A stretch of 64,000 bases of DNA from Antedon mediterranea (taxonomy: Eukaryota > Animalia > Echinodermata). The stretch covers positions 739,812 through 803,811 of the forward strand of contig NC_092675.1 in assembly GCF_964355755.1 (NCBI RefSeq), read 5' to 3'. The position numbers and the translations under genes are program-made. This document shows positions 1 through 51,145 of this stretch, one piece after another. The notes under the pieces were generated by a model. The model did no database searches. It was not told where the DNA came from and worked only from the letters and a program-made list of their open reading frames with translations. Positions within the stretch are counted from its first letter, which is position 1, and the number at the start of each line of letters is the position of its first letter.

Positions 1-73
1 AAAAATGCAATGAAAAATACTAAGTTGTAGATTAAGATGTAAATGAGATTGAGTGTGTTGTTGATTCGAATAC

Positions 74-3000
74 CTTGGGTACAACACAGCATGTGTATGG
101 CACGCCACAGGAACTTGCAGATCGATGTGAATCGGTACACATGAAGTAAATATTTCCGTCCCAGTCATTAAAGTCAGCACCACCACAACATTCAAACTAT
201 ATCACAAAAACAAGAAATAGTACCATATGTATTTGTATTAAAAAATATATTCTGATATCATAATCATAATAATTTCTAGTTTCAGTTTATAAGTATATTC
301 TATATAACAACAACAAAGCATAACATTATTTATTATAATATAAAATAATATAAACCATGATGCCATTGTGTTAAACAATTGTATAACTAATGACCCCAGT
401 GTTACATGAGAATTAGGAATTAAGTATACTTATGTGGCACAACAACATCCTGGTAAGACAATACCAGAGACCTTCACAAAAACAACAGTATGAAACCTAT
501 AGAACAACCTTTCAATCCTGTATAACAGGATTATTGTACATATGTTATATTATTATTTAAAGAAAGGATTTTATGACTTTAAAACACTTTATAAACAATT
601 GAAAGCAAGAAAATTGCAAATTACAGTATGAATAAACTATCATACAGTACTTGCCTTGTTTGAGGCTTTGGGAGTGGGGTAGAGAAAGTGAGTTATTTAA
701 AGCCACTAGGTCAGGATTGAACCATAGACCCCGGGATTGGAAGGCAAGCATGTTATCACCAAGCTTCAACTGCACTACCATCACAGTTTACTGATTGAAT
801 GCCTCTAGATACATTTCTGTTTAAGGAAATTGTTTTTTTTCAGTAAAACAGTTTTTATGCTGAAACTCAAGGATCTTCTGACAAAGACAAGTACATTGTG
901 AAGGTAATCCACAGTGAGGAATAATAGAATAACAACAATGGGTTGAAAGGTTTAAAATCATAGATTTCCTACACCTGAGGTAATCCACAGTGAGGAATAA
1001 TAGAATAACAACGATGGGTTGAAATGTTTAAAATCATAGATTTCCTACACCTGATCTACAAACAATAATAAGTTATATATACAAAATGGCCATAACAACA
1101 ACAACCACTAAACAAGGATATTACAGTTGATATTAAATGTGTACAAAACTGTTTCATGGTGTGTATTAATAAACATCCACTGTACACAAATTAAATTTCC
1201 TTTCGGACTACTAAATAATATTTGCATATTTAAATGCATAAAAATTCATATTTAAATGTATGCAAATTCATATTTAATTGTATGCAAATTTATATTTAAT
1301 TGTATGCAAATTCATATTTAATTGTATGCAAATTCATATTTAATTGTATGCAAATTCATATTTAATTGTATGCAAATTCATATTTAATTGTATGCAAATT
1401 AATATTTAATTGTATGCAAATTAATAAACAGATAAGTACCTACATTTGTTTGCATTGCATCTACAGCAAACTGAATATCAGGATCATTGTAATAGTTTCT
1501 GATAGAGTGCTGAAGCCCATCTTTTACAAGTTGTTGAGTCTAACAAAAAATACCACCATCTTTTAAATGAATTATTTACATGTAACACAATCTCATTACT
1601 GTATACAAACAATTTAATCTCAGCACTAATTTAGACTAAATTTAGACATAATTCCATTGTTATATAGATATATTTCTCCCTTTGAAAAAATAATTGTTTT
1701 AAATGTTTTTCCATTTTAATGTCACCTAATAGTTATTCACTTTGACAAAAATTTTGGATTGAAAAACAAATAATTTTCCTGAAAATTTTAAGTGAAAAAT
1801 AGTCAAGATAGTACAATTTAAGCATTTATTTTGTCTTTTAATAAATGAAAACTTCATATTTTTACCGTTACAACATTTCACTCTAGTGAATATTTCCAAG
1901 TGACTGTTGGTGAAATTACAAATTAAATGTTAGATACAAACTTACTTGACCCCTGAATGCCAACGCAAGAATAGCACCAATCAACTGAAGCGCAAACACA
2001 ACAGCCAGTGTAATACCAAACTAACAAAAAACAATTAATGCAAAAATCAGTCGGTTATAGGATGGAAAAGTGATGCATTTAACAAAACAATGAGTTTAAA
2101 ATCACAAATTTCAAATGTTTAAAATAATATTTAAAAACAAATAATGTTTTTATATTTGTGCAATGGAACCAATATTTTCTTCCGCTTAAATTAAAGGCGA
2201 AATGTTGAATTTTTACATCATGAAAATATTTGTACTATTGTACTCATTCATTATTTGTATAATATAAGAAACACTGCTGTGGTTATAGGAGTTCTATTGC
2301 ATAATCAAAGTTATGAAGTACGAGGTTATAAATCTTGTTTGTATAGTGTAGATGATATGATATGAATGGATCTACTCTGTATTATTTTTTTAGTTTAGTG
2401 AGATAGGATGCTGTTTGGTTTGTTTGAAAGAGACCAACATGATATAAATGTTTGCTGAGCCTTTGTTCGGTTATCTTTGCCTTATATTGTTTACTTTCAT
2501 TTTTTGTTAAATAAACAATCTTATTTACCCGTCTTTTAAATAAATTACAGTATAGTGGGTCATACAATTGACATGTGCATAACAATTTAACAAAACTTAC
2601 AATTCGTAGCAAAGTAATATTTTCTCGTAATGCTCCTATGCAGCCAATGAAGCCAAGAATAAACATGAAGGAGCCGACAACAATCATGAAAATAGTCGGG
2701 GTAAGAAGGACATCAACGACTGCTTGGTAGTCTTTCTTTTCTATTTCAGCATAAATACCCACACCTAAAATAACTACACCAATCAGCTATGATAAAGAAA
2801 AAAAAAAGAGTTACTAATCCATGAAAAAGAAGTTTAAAAGGCCAGGTGCGGGCAAACAATTTCTATTGATCATACATTCCAATAATTATCGATCTATAAT
2901 TTGCCCTATGTTTAATAATTTTGGGGATTTTTGAGGTTGTTGAAAATAAGCACTTTCTTATCAGTGGGGGGATAGTTTAAATTACAATGTAAAATCTCTA

Positions 3001-3793
3001 TTCTTTTGTACAGAAATTTTGTAAATAGAAAGGCACTTTAAAAAGCTATGAAAAATAAACAGTGTTGTAAAAAATGTTATCAGGTGACTAAAATAGGCAA
3101 TATAACTTGAATTTTACATTTCTGGTATTTTTATTCAACTTCAGATTTTTATTTTCATGCTATAGCAAAAATTATCCACTGTATATCCACCATCTTTTTT
3201 CACTTTCTAGGGAGTCACCAGACATGTTATTACATTAGGTTAAACTACCTAACTACTGGAAAAAGCCTTCCTGGTTTTTATGGCAGAATGTTGCCAAATT
3301 TTATATTTGACCATATTAAGGAAAGGTTTTTCGTCTTGATTTCTGTTACAATTTGATTTATGTACAATTAACCATATTATATTTAAAATTCATGCATGTA
3401 CCGGAGCTTTAAAAAGTTACATACAGGTATGAATCCATTAAATAATATTTCTGACAAAAACACTTTTATTGCATGTTTAATAACATCCAGAAACTGAAAA
3501 ATATTCTAATTTCAATTTTCTAAAAACTGTATTTGAATAAACGCCTGGATGGTTTTTAGGGGATATTCAGGGAAGGCGTTTATTTAAAGTGGGCGTTTAT
3601 TCCAAATAATATGTTATTGGGGACGTTTATTCAAGGGAAGCGTTTTTCAAAGCAGGCAGGGTGTTTCTTCAAATAAATACGGTACTTGTGAGTTGTCACT
3701 ACTTACCCAAAATCCTACATCATATAAAAATAGTATAATTCGCAAAATGCGATGACCACAGCTTGGTCTTGGAAGACGTTTCAAGGAAGGCAT
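74..3793 (-). CDS. TSPAN15: Tetraspanin, TspanC8 subgroup (TSPAN15-like); multi-exon, 3' end beyond window start
   Basis: Coding exons 3707-3793 (MPSLKRLPRPSCGHRILRIILFLYDVGFW), 2601-2786 (LIGVVILGVGIYAEIEKKDY...GCIGALRENITLLRI), 1946-2020 (FGITLAVVFALQLIGAILALAFRGQ), 1444-1539 (TQQLVKDGLQHSIRNYYNDPDIQFAVDAMQTN) and 74-196 (FECCGGADFNDWDGNIYFMC...CGVPYTCC). All junctions are GT-AG and phase 0. The CCG motif, GVPYTCC and GIYAE.E match the C8 tetraspanins and are closest to TSPAN15 as I recall it; orthology is untested. Confidence 0.92.
902..1055. repeat. 76-bp tandem duplication
   Basis: Units start at 902 and 978. Confidence 0.9.
1241..1422. repeat. 22-bp minisatellite (TTGTATGCAAATTCATATTTAA), ~8 copies
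   Basis: Directly visible tandem array. Confidence 0.95.
3528..3684. mobile_element. Tc1/pogo-type MITE remnant (GGCGTTTATT repeats, AAATACGG|TA end)
   Basis: Repeated GGCGTTTATT; a complementary end of the same family lies at ~40234-40315. Confidence 0.5.
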
Positions 3794-4456
3794 GATGTCC
3801 GTGTCCTTTAATAATGGTTAAGTAATGATGTCTTTGGTTGTTCCTAGGCCTAGACTCTGAAAATTGGAAAATAAAAATGTTTCAAGTTTACTGAAGTGAA
3901 TGATTGTAATTGTAATACTTATACTGTATATATTAATATCTACTAATTAGCTACTAATAATGGTTTTGTAGTATTATTGTACACCAACCAAGTAGTCAAT
4001 TTAACACGCATTAAAAAATGAATACAAATAAATGTCAAAATTGTTCATAATAAATAGAAATGCAATTTGTTTTTTTAATTACTGTATCTCATCACCGGTA
4101 TGCACGTACCCACCTGTCCTTAATAAATAGCGCTCTAAACTAGCCTAGCTTTAGTTTATGCAGATATTTTGTTCACTATTATTATTAATAATAATATTAT
4201 ATATCTCTATAGTTTATGGTAGGCTTAACTAAAGAGACTCTAGGCCTAGCAAGGCTGTGGTATAGCCTCCTTTCCTAGCCCTCTCCCTGGTCACTGGTGG
4301 CCTAGGTCCGGCCTGGCCTCTTTCTAGTACTACACTACCAGCCTAGAGGCCTAGCCTAGTTAGGCCTAGGCCCTCTAGCCCTGGCTACTAGCAAGTAAAC
4401 GCTAGGCTAGCGACGTACAAGCTAGACAAGCATGGGTTTACACAACCAACTCTTAC

Positions 4457-4720
4457 CGTTATTTTTTTAGCATATTTATATCATCAATCAAACCAATAAT
4501 TATACTTGTTTACATTCATAAATGATGGGTGGGGTATAAATTACAGTTCGTCGTTTTTTACGTCGTCTTCGTTGGTGGTTCGCTCGAGTAACACCACCAC
4601 CACAACATGACCTTGGTTTCCTTGACCTTGATTATACGTCAGAATATTCATATTTTCAAATATTAAATATGCATTAGGTAGTTAGCATAAAACAACTGCT
4701 GTATGCAAATTTTTATAACA
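4457..4720 (-). promoter_or_regulatory. Probable non-coding exon 1 and proximal promoter of the tetraspanin
   Basis: Donor CG|GTAAG at 4457/4456 pairs with the exon-2 acceptor at 3856. CpG content rises locally. Motifs: two TGACCTTG sites (~4608, ~4623), TACGTCA (~4635) and an octamer ATGCAAAT (~4703). The TSS cannot be determined from sequence. Confidence 0.5.
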
Positions 4721-5655
4721 TTACTGGTTACTAAAACAGCAATGAAGAATAAAAACGAATGGTAATTTTATATACTAAAGAAGTGAATTTTCTTTTTTGT
4801 TCATCCAATTAGTATGATATAAATACAAAATAAAAAAGTATTTACGGCAAAAATAAAAATTTTTGTCGACATGGAACTCAACTGTGTTGATATAAAGTGC
4901 AACTTAACGCAACTGACAACGAGGCACAACAAAAATGTTGACATATAAGCTTAGTTGCTTTCAGTTGCCTATGTTCTATTTTTTTAAAGGAAAGGACTAT
5001 GAAAGGAACTATGAATCGATTACACGCTTTCAGTATGGGTAACCACGACCAGACACCTTCAGTTCGATTTTACAGTAAAGTGCTCACGCATACTGGTTCC
5101 TATACAACCATGACTATTACAATCAGTTCCAGTGTTGACATACGTGCTTGCACACTGGTTCATTTCAGTTCCATTCAGTTGCTCAAAATGTTGACATAAG
5201 CGCTGTCGCACAACCAGTACCTTTCAATTGAGTAGAGTTCTGTGATGACATAAGGGTTCCTTTCGGATCCAAATTATTTCACGAATATGCATGAATGTTT
5301 ACATTCGCACTGGTTGCTGTAGTAAGAATCACAGAAGCGTTTAAATCCGGAATAAAACAATCTACCCATTGTTACAGGGAGAAAAAGACAACAATGCTTT
5401 AATTAAAACAGAATGACTAAATAACTGATTTATCTTTGTAAAATTTACTTCAAAATTCTACAGAATAAAATAAGGGAGTAACGAATATTAACAACATATA
5501 TATATTGATAATATATTACAGGAAAAAAAAATGTCCACACATGCACTAATTTATTCACAGCTTTAAATCAAAAGTGTCATTGAGTCAAGTTTTGGAAATT
5601 ATGAAAATAAAGACAGGAGGTCTACACCTTTTACCAAATAATAAATATCTAGGTA

Positions 5656-5788
5656 CAGTCAACTTTCCCAATACCGGACACCTTTGAGCTGGCTAAATAT
5701 GTCTGGTTTTCCAGAAAGTCTGGGGATGTGTTTTTAATGGTAAAAAGAAATTTGAGAGAGAGAGGTCCGGTATTGGGAGATTCAACAG
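5656..5788. mobile_element. Tc1/mariner-type MITE (TA TSD)
   Basis: TA|CAGTCAACTTTCCCAATACCGGAC...GTCCGGTATTGGGAGATTCAACAG|TA. Confidence 0.6.
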
Positions 5789-7820
5789 TATAAGCAGTGA
5801 AGCCAAGTTGTACAGTTGAGATGGAGATGGTTGAATTTTACAACCAATGCTCAAAAAGGAACTTCAAAATGCATTATGATGTTAAGGTATCTTAATTATG
5901 ATATTTCAATATTTTGACATAGCCATTTCTTTCTGCACCTATAATTAAAAAAGTGAAAAGTTTCAACTCAAATCTAATACTGCTAGTTCATTGGATAAAA
6001 TATCTGATACAAAAAATGATGAAAATTCTAATTACGGGTGTCTCCCACAATTAAATCCTTGACGAATAAGCCCATCCCCAAATGTTCATACAAAAAAAGA
6101 CCAAGATAATATGCACACATTAAAACGCATATGCAAAGTGATCATAATAATGTCATTATATATTTTACATAAAGTAGAATGCCATGTTAGCAACAAGTTT
6201 ATTTTAGTAATTATTAATTAACAAATTAGTGAGCACAGATTGAAAATAATTCTTAAAATCATTATTAAACGTGAATAACACAAATTATATTTTAAATTAC
6301 ATACACTGTTACAAAAAAAAAACTTACATTACAAAGATAATTAATGAACTAAACCTTTATCAATAAGTAACAAAGGATATGTATATCATGAAATATTAAA
6401 TAAAAAAAAAAATTAATAAATATAATTTATAGTTTTATAAGACATAATAAAATAAACGACAATTAAAACAATTATTATATTTAACGCTGTAATTTCATTT
6501 TACTTTTTATTGATTGTTTTATGTACTTTAATTTTTTTATTGATTTATTACACTTAATTTTTAGAGGGTTACCTTAATAGCGTATGATGAGTGACAGTGG
6601 CTGTGTGTATACTAGTACATTAAATATGTTTTTCTGTGGAACAATATATATTGGTAAACAATATTATTGAAAATAAAGGTATCGCCAAATATAGATTTAC
6701 AGTAATTTTTGGGTACCAGGGGAATTTAATAATTTGCACCCCATTGTTCATCATTACCATCACTTTGTTTCAATTGTCATTCCAAATAACATAATTCCTA
6801 AATATTTAGCTACACCACAATAACAATATTGCACATGAAAAACAATATTCAATGACATTTGTCATTATTAAAACACAAAACAAAATATAAACAATAATTA
6901 TTATATATTAAATTCAGAATATTTTTCAATATTATGTTTCTATATAACATAATGATCAATTATCATTTAGTTATTATAATTTATTGGAATGAATTTGTTT
7001 TTTACCCCTTTTATGTCCGATAAACACCTTTTATTCATCAACTTTTTAGACCAAAGTTTTACTTTTACTTAATCTCTCCATACATCAGTTTTAGCACGAT
7101 AATATGCAAAACAATAAAACACTAGCTCTATTCATCAATCACAAAATGCACAGTACTTAAATACAAAAAACCCATCAAACATCATTGGTATCAAATTTAG
7201 AAAAGTGAATCAAATTTGTTGCAATATTGGAAGCACAAGCATCTGAAATATGTAGTTTATTTGGATTTAAAACATGTTTGATTACGAAATAAAATAATTA
7301 TAATCATAGTAGTATCTTGCAGAAGCTAGGGGATGATGTACTACTTTTTATCCAAAGCAAACGGTACAGGTCAAATCAAGGTACTATTATGAATTGAAAT
7401 GCACTCTCTACTTTAAAAATATTTGATGTTAATTTGTACCTAATATTTTAGTCTGGCCCAAAGTCTCCAGATTGTCTATTTCATGTTGTTAATATTTATT
7501 CACAAGCGTCACAAGCAGATCGTTTTAATTTTTTTTTTGTGTCAAAAACTCACAGCTCATCTCAGCTTTATCAACAGTTTATTTTTTTAGGAGGTAAAAT
7601 TACTATTTGAATATAATAGAGTTAAACATTTTATTGAACTATTTAAATCATAGTAGGGCCTATATTTATTTTATAAATACACTAAATTCTATTTAAATAC
7701 AGAAAATCTTTTATAATGAGCACATTACAGGTACAATAGTAGTGTTTAATCTTCACTTAACTTTATTCCCTTTTTAGAGTCAGTTTAGAAGAAAAGTATA
7801 ATCGTATTTATTCTTTCAGA

Positions 7821-7966
7821 ACTAATACACGTGGTGTACCGCAAACTAATACACGTGGTGTACCGCAAACTAATACACGTGGTGTACCGCAAACTAATAC
7901 ACGTGGTGTACCGCAAACTAATACACGTGGTGTACCGCAAACTAATACATGTGGTGTACCGCAAAC
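7821..7966. repeat. 24-bp minisatellite (ACTAATACACGTGGTGTACCGCAA), 6 copies
   Basis: Directly visible; it explains the repetitive ORF 7831-8064. Confidence 0.95.
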
Positions 7967-9011
7967 TTTATATCAACGTATTTATAAAGTTTATTTTTAC
8001 AGTTAAAACTGAATCTGCAGTCGAACATCATTTGTCTGGCAAAAAATATTCAATTATTTCGTAAATTTACCTGTTTTAGCAAAACTCTTAATTACACTTA
8101 TAGTTGAAATAGGATTAATATACATTGCAATAAAACTGAATAAATAATTTAAATTTATAGGTTATATATTATTTTAATATGAAAGAAGTACATTTTTATT
8201 TGATTTTATTATAAGCAAATAGGTATTATAAATCATTATGTGCATGGATCTAATACAAACATAAATATCAGGCAATGACCACCATGGCCTTTCATCTCAA
8301 AGGCATCATCATGTACTGTATGTCTTAGTAGGTACAGTGATATTCTAATGCAGTGTGATACTGTGCAGTTTAATCAACTACACCGCAAATATTCAACTAA
8401 AGTACTTAATTCAATTTTACAACTGTACCATGTACTGGTAAATCATTATATGGTATTCTTATGCACTTGTAAATTGTATGAACCACTATACGGCCTCTGT
8501 GAGAGGAGCGTCATGGGTGCATCATTTACAAATAATTATTGACGCAGGGGTGCATCAAAAAACCTAAGATTCACCTTTGAAGGCTGTAGTTCTTGAATGG
8601 GAAATATGTGATTCCAAAAATAGATGCAATGCTATATGATATCAGTTGTTTGATGTGCAAATGTCTGCAACTAAAAATTGTGACTAAAAATCAGATCAGT
8701 TTTGTGATGTTCTAGTGAACAAAAGCGAAATGCGATACTGGCAATGAAGATGGTGTAAATTTGACGACGATGTAATAAGTGAGATTTATCGGAGTGCTTT
8801 AAATACAGGCATGATGTAATCTTGAAAGCAAGACGTAAACCAAGATCGTAAGTCCCACTCAGCATGTATGATTCTGTAGTGAACTCGCAAACCAAACAGC
8901 GTAATATGTTCTGTCTTTTCACATAGTACAACGATAAGCAGATTGGTGATACTACAATTGTGCAACTTGTTAATTTCAATGTTACATGGGTCACATTATC
9001 ATTTTTTCCAG

Positions 9012-9101
9012 CTACAAATACGAATCTTCATCATTTAGGTTCAGCAGAAGCGGTGGCGCTACATTCTTCAAGCGTCCTGGAGATGAGGCCAGTCTAAAAA
9101 C
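9012..9101 (-). CDS. Candidate alternative terminal exon of EFA6/PSD
   Basis: Acceptor TTTTGTGCTACAG|G at 9101, then a GC-richer 90-nt frame VFRLASSPGRLKNVAPPLLLNLNDEDSYL*. It is in frame with an internal donor AAG|GTATAT at 14117/14116 in the last exon. Confidence 0.55.
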   Translation of the reverse strand, partial: VFRLASSPGRLKNVAPPLLLNLNDEDSYL

Positions 9102-10960
9102 CTGTAGCACAAAATTAAAAAAGAGTGTCAATTGAAAAAATATGTATTGTCATTGGCATTTTATCACAAAAGTTTCTTTCTAAAAACTTAATAAACAAAA
9201 TAGTAAATGTGGTTATGTAATTAAAATAGTTTAAACAAATTAAATTAAAAACATTTATTTTATTTGAATAAAAAAAGATAATGTTTTAATATTATATGAA
9301 TAATTCAACTTAAACTATCCAAAAAATGACATAAAAATTAGATTAAAATGATAAAATAGAAATGAGAAGTACAGTGTTATTGTGGCACATACAGTACATA
9401 GATTTCAAGATTTTGATTTAATTTGTATTTTTATGTCCAAATGTTTAATTTTGGTTGTTAAAACTGTCCAAATTCATTATAATTACTATTTAATTGCTGA
9501 GTAGACACCCCTTCAGTAAATGATCAATAATTAAAAACCTTGGTCCCCGCAGGGATCTGGTTATAAAAATAACAAAAGTAAATTGGAAATAGATAAATTA
9601 GCGTATCTTTCAATCATTTGAAATCTTACAAAATCTTTGTACGGTTCAAAGCCTATGAAAACATTTTGATTCAAGTTGAGAAGTGAAAACATTCCAAATA
9701 ACCATGTCACATAATTCACATTATTTACCTGTTAGAATTTGAAAATTGCTAAATCTAATTATTTTTCAGAGAAAAAATAAGTAAGTTGAACATTTTATAC
9801 AGAATAGGGTGCAAGGGTGCAATTGTGACTATGAATATTATGGTAAATATGGAATCAATGGCAGGATATAAGAATATGCCATTCATTGAGGAATATCTCT
9901 ATGATTATGGAAGCATGGGTGTATTATGGTACTTAGCATAGGAACCAACGGTGGGACTGTAAGTATAACTTCTGACCTTAATATTAAATATCATGCATAA
10001 CCATAACATGCAAATTAAGCGCAGTTTTTAAATAAAAGTGGAAAAATTCTAATACAAGAACAATAAAAAAAAAATTACTTAAAAAGAGAACATTTACTAT
10101 AAATGACAAAATAATTAAACTGTTGATAAATGCATTGTTTGTTAGTCTTGGTTACCATTACAAAATCAGACGTATTTGTGTTTAGTGTAGTTAATATTTG
10201 TTTATACTGTACTAAATGCGAAAAAACATCCAATTCTCAATGTATAAAAAATGATGTTGAATGTTGAAAAGATATAAACTATAAAGGTTTACTCATTGAT
10301 ATTAGCAAGTAACCCATCAATAGGATGAGATAATTATTTAGTTCTTGCACAATTCATGCTATGAACACATAAAACATTACAATTATCATGATTATGCAAC
10401 ATACTAAAGCAACATTAAACAAAGCTAATTAAGAATAACAACTATGAAAAAAATGTTACAATAATGACTAGAAAAGGGGAGCATGCTGTCCTTATAAACC
10501 ATTAAAAAATGTTACCTTAACATGAAAATAAAAACAACATGCGGCACTTACTTGGGGTAATACTTTTACATCTTGAATGACATTGTCAATAAATTGAAGC
10601 ATCAAAATAAAATGGTAGATATGTTGATGTTGTGTTCAAATAAAATTGTAAAAAAACTCTTTTTATAATGTTATATCTAGGATACTGTAGTATATCATAA
10701 GTACAAAACCTGTTCACATTTTAAAGAGAAATATTTGTATCGGTCTTTGACAAAACTTACTATTCAAATCGCGGTCTTTGATTTGGACTAGGACTAGAAA
10801 TATTATCTCTAATTTACAGGAACAAATGATCATAACTTTTTGCTTTAAAAATCTACAATTTAACTGTAAAATTTAAAAAAAATCTAAAAACATTAAAGAA
10901 GTAAAGCAATAAAAACCAACAATATTCATAAATTCACAATTTGGCAAACAAAAGCAAACG

Positions 10961-11051
10961 TAATGGCCAAAGGGGTTTTACTGGCCAAAGGGGTTTTAAT
11001 GCCCAAAGGGGTTTTAATGCCCAAAGGGGTTTTAATGCCCAAAGGGGTTTT
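10961..11051. repeat. ~19-bp minisatellite (TTTTAATGCCCAAAGGGG), ~5 copies
   Basis: Directly visible. Confidence 0.9.
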
Positions 11052-14047
11052 CAAAGATAATTTCACACACAACAGGATGAATTGAAGCAAAACTGTGGGT
11101 TTTAATAGTAATCCTTGGTTAATATTATTATTATTTACAATTTATAACAGAAACAAGGTGTTAAAAACAATGTGTTATAATACACTAGAACCTTATTTAT
11201 TTGGTTTTCTTTCCGCATTTTTTACAGGTTTCTTTTAAAATTAAATCTTCTTATACAAAAGAGTGAATTTATAACTTAAATAACTACAATTCTAAGTAAC
11301 CCCATTATCAAGTATAAGATTGCCCCTAAAAATAATTTGAATTTATCAACTTAACCCAATGTATTTTGGTCCTCAGGTATACGCCTACCCTCAACATTTA
11401 TCAAATATAGCATGCTCTATGGGCTTAAGTCTGGTATGGATAATTTATAAAAATAAATGTTTTTTTTTCTTTCAATGATACATTCAGTTTTCTCAGGCGT
11501 AGAAATAGCATGAAGCAAGCCAACCAGCTACACATTCCAATTGCATTTAGGCATGATAACCAATCACTGATCTCAAATACACATTGGTTTTGTTTTAATA
11601 TTTTCAACTAATATGACAGATATACATAATCTCTCTCATGAAAGTAATTTTTAACTGAAAATTGACCTGCATAAAGTACATCTAAATCATATTAAAATAA
11701 ACAATTATTTCAAGATTACTGCAATTGTGTTATAATAAGATTTAGAAAATACCATCAAACACGTCATTAAAACTAACATCACACAATTTTTATTTTGGGA
11801 ACTTCTAAGCAGTTTGCATGCAAATGTTACAATAATATACTACAGTAATATTGTTCTTAAATTATAGTTGAAAAAGGTTTTTTTTCATCAGAATCTCATT
11901 CATTTGCCAATGATAGGTAATTACCTAACTAATACCCAATGCCCTGATTTAAGCTATAATAAGTATTTTTGATATAACTTTAGGTTTGAGAATTAATGTT
12001 TTAAATTTTTAATACTAGACATATGTCAGATTAGCTTTTCCTTTTGCATATTATATAATAAAAAAATAAAAATAAAAACTATACTACATCTGCTATACAC
12101 GTTTTTTTTTTCATGCAATGAAATGACTAATTTATAAATATTTTTAGATTTATATTGAAACATTTCCTTAATTTATGCATGATGTAATTAACAAAGTTTA
12201 CAATATGTTAATATTATTAATATTTACATCTAAATAATTTACATATTTATTTCCTAGAAAGATATGAAAATATGAGTGTATTTTAGTATAATCATTTAAA
12301 ATAATAATGAAAATCCTGTAATTCATCTCTATTTTGTTAATGTATTGCACCAGAATGGTCTATGAAATAACATTTATAAAATTTAACAATAAAAACTTTT
12401 ACAGAATAGGTCACTTGGGTTATAAAAACATTTTCAGAACTAAAACCGCCTTTTAAAAAAAAGGATTTAGAGGATTTATTTCATGCGATTTTAAGAAGAA
12501 AAAAAGCTATGAAAATCAAAGATTCAGCCTGAATCAATTAGTTTGTACTATTTCACTCCAACTTCATTAAAATGATTAATATCTATTGCTATTTAATTTT
12601 TTTTTTAATATTTCAAAAATAAGTTTTTCTTGCAATCCCAAAATTTAAATACATTTTTTATAATATATATATTTTTTTTCAATAAAATACATTTTATATA
12701 TTGAATTTAAATATTTGTTTTAATTTAAAATTGTAAACAATTCATAAGAAATTTGTATTATAAAATTGTATAGCAATATAATTTTAATCAATTTTATAAA
12801 ATGTAAGCATTTATATAAATGAAATAATTGTAGTATATTACCTGTCTTATAAGTAATACAAAGAAAATTCACACAAAAATAGGCTGTAGTAAAAAGAATA
12901 TAAAGAATGAACACAAAGTTCTAAATAAAACAATTCTATTAAGAAAATAAAAGAAAAATTGATAAGAAAGAAATTATAAAAACAATAAAAATAGAATTAG
13001 ATATAAAAAATATTTTAAATTATTTCATTATTTATTTCACCATTTGCTATTTAGATTTTTGTTGTTGTCTGTTAATAGTACAATATTTTGGTTGTACAGT
13101 TATCTCTCTTGTAAGGAGTGTATCAATTTGATTGTTAATGTGATTGAGAACTACCGTACTGTATTTGAATGTCCTACATTAGCAGTTCAAATCCCATCCT
13201 GCCAAGGGAATCACTAGTATCTAAGGGCACCAATGTAACACAATTTATTCTATCAGCTAATCCTAGCTGGTACGAACAGCAATGTTGTTTAGCGATTTAA
13301 AGTTTTTCATTTAAGTTCATTACTGAAGTTACAATATAGTAATTATTACAAACATGTTAGGTTTCTTTAAATATTTTGTTTTATCAAAATTGTAAAATCT
13401 AATCCAATATTTCTAGTGTTTAGCTAATTCTGGTGGTCTGCGATGCTGTACCCCATGTGTTACCAAAGGAAGTATAGCTGAGAATGTTTCGGTTGTTACG
13501 CAATGGTTGTAGTCGTACAAATGATCATATTGAAAAATCAGTTTGCAAGTGTACAACTTGCAATATTTTGTATTTGTATATTACTTTATGTAATTATTTT
13601 AAAAGGATGTTATTAAAATTAAAGTAAAGACAAGAATAGTTTTATAGACTTTTCATTTATATGTACAAGATTAATCGGAGAGAACATTGAATCATCAAAT
13701 TTAATCATACAAATTAATAATAATTTGTTTAGTTAATACAAATTAGTGTTATCAAATATTAATAAACTATTACCTTAGTTTAGTCAGTTAATTAAGAAAA
13801 TAAAGATCATATAATTATTCAGTATCTTCAGATAATCCCTTTATATACAAAAACAAAATAATAATAGTCTATAATAATAACAGTCTATTTATAATAGTCT
13901 ATATTTTCTGAGGTATTTGGTGCAGAAGAAAAAGAAAACAACTTTTATAAATTTACAATTTGTGCAATAAAATCCAGAGTGCTATAGATGTGCATATTTT
14001 GGCAGCATATATATAAATAAATATAATTCAAATTATATAATTGTTCT

Positions 14048-51108
<37,061 letters not shown>

Positions 51109-51145
51109 TCTGGCGATTGACCAAATAAACCATCATAAACCTCAA

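Noticed and set aside
7831-8064. Repetitive ORF (VYRKLIHV)n
   Set aside because: It is a by-product of a 24-bp minisatellite, with no splice or domain support.
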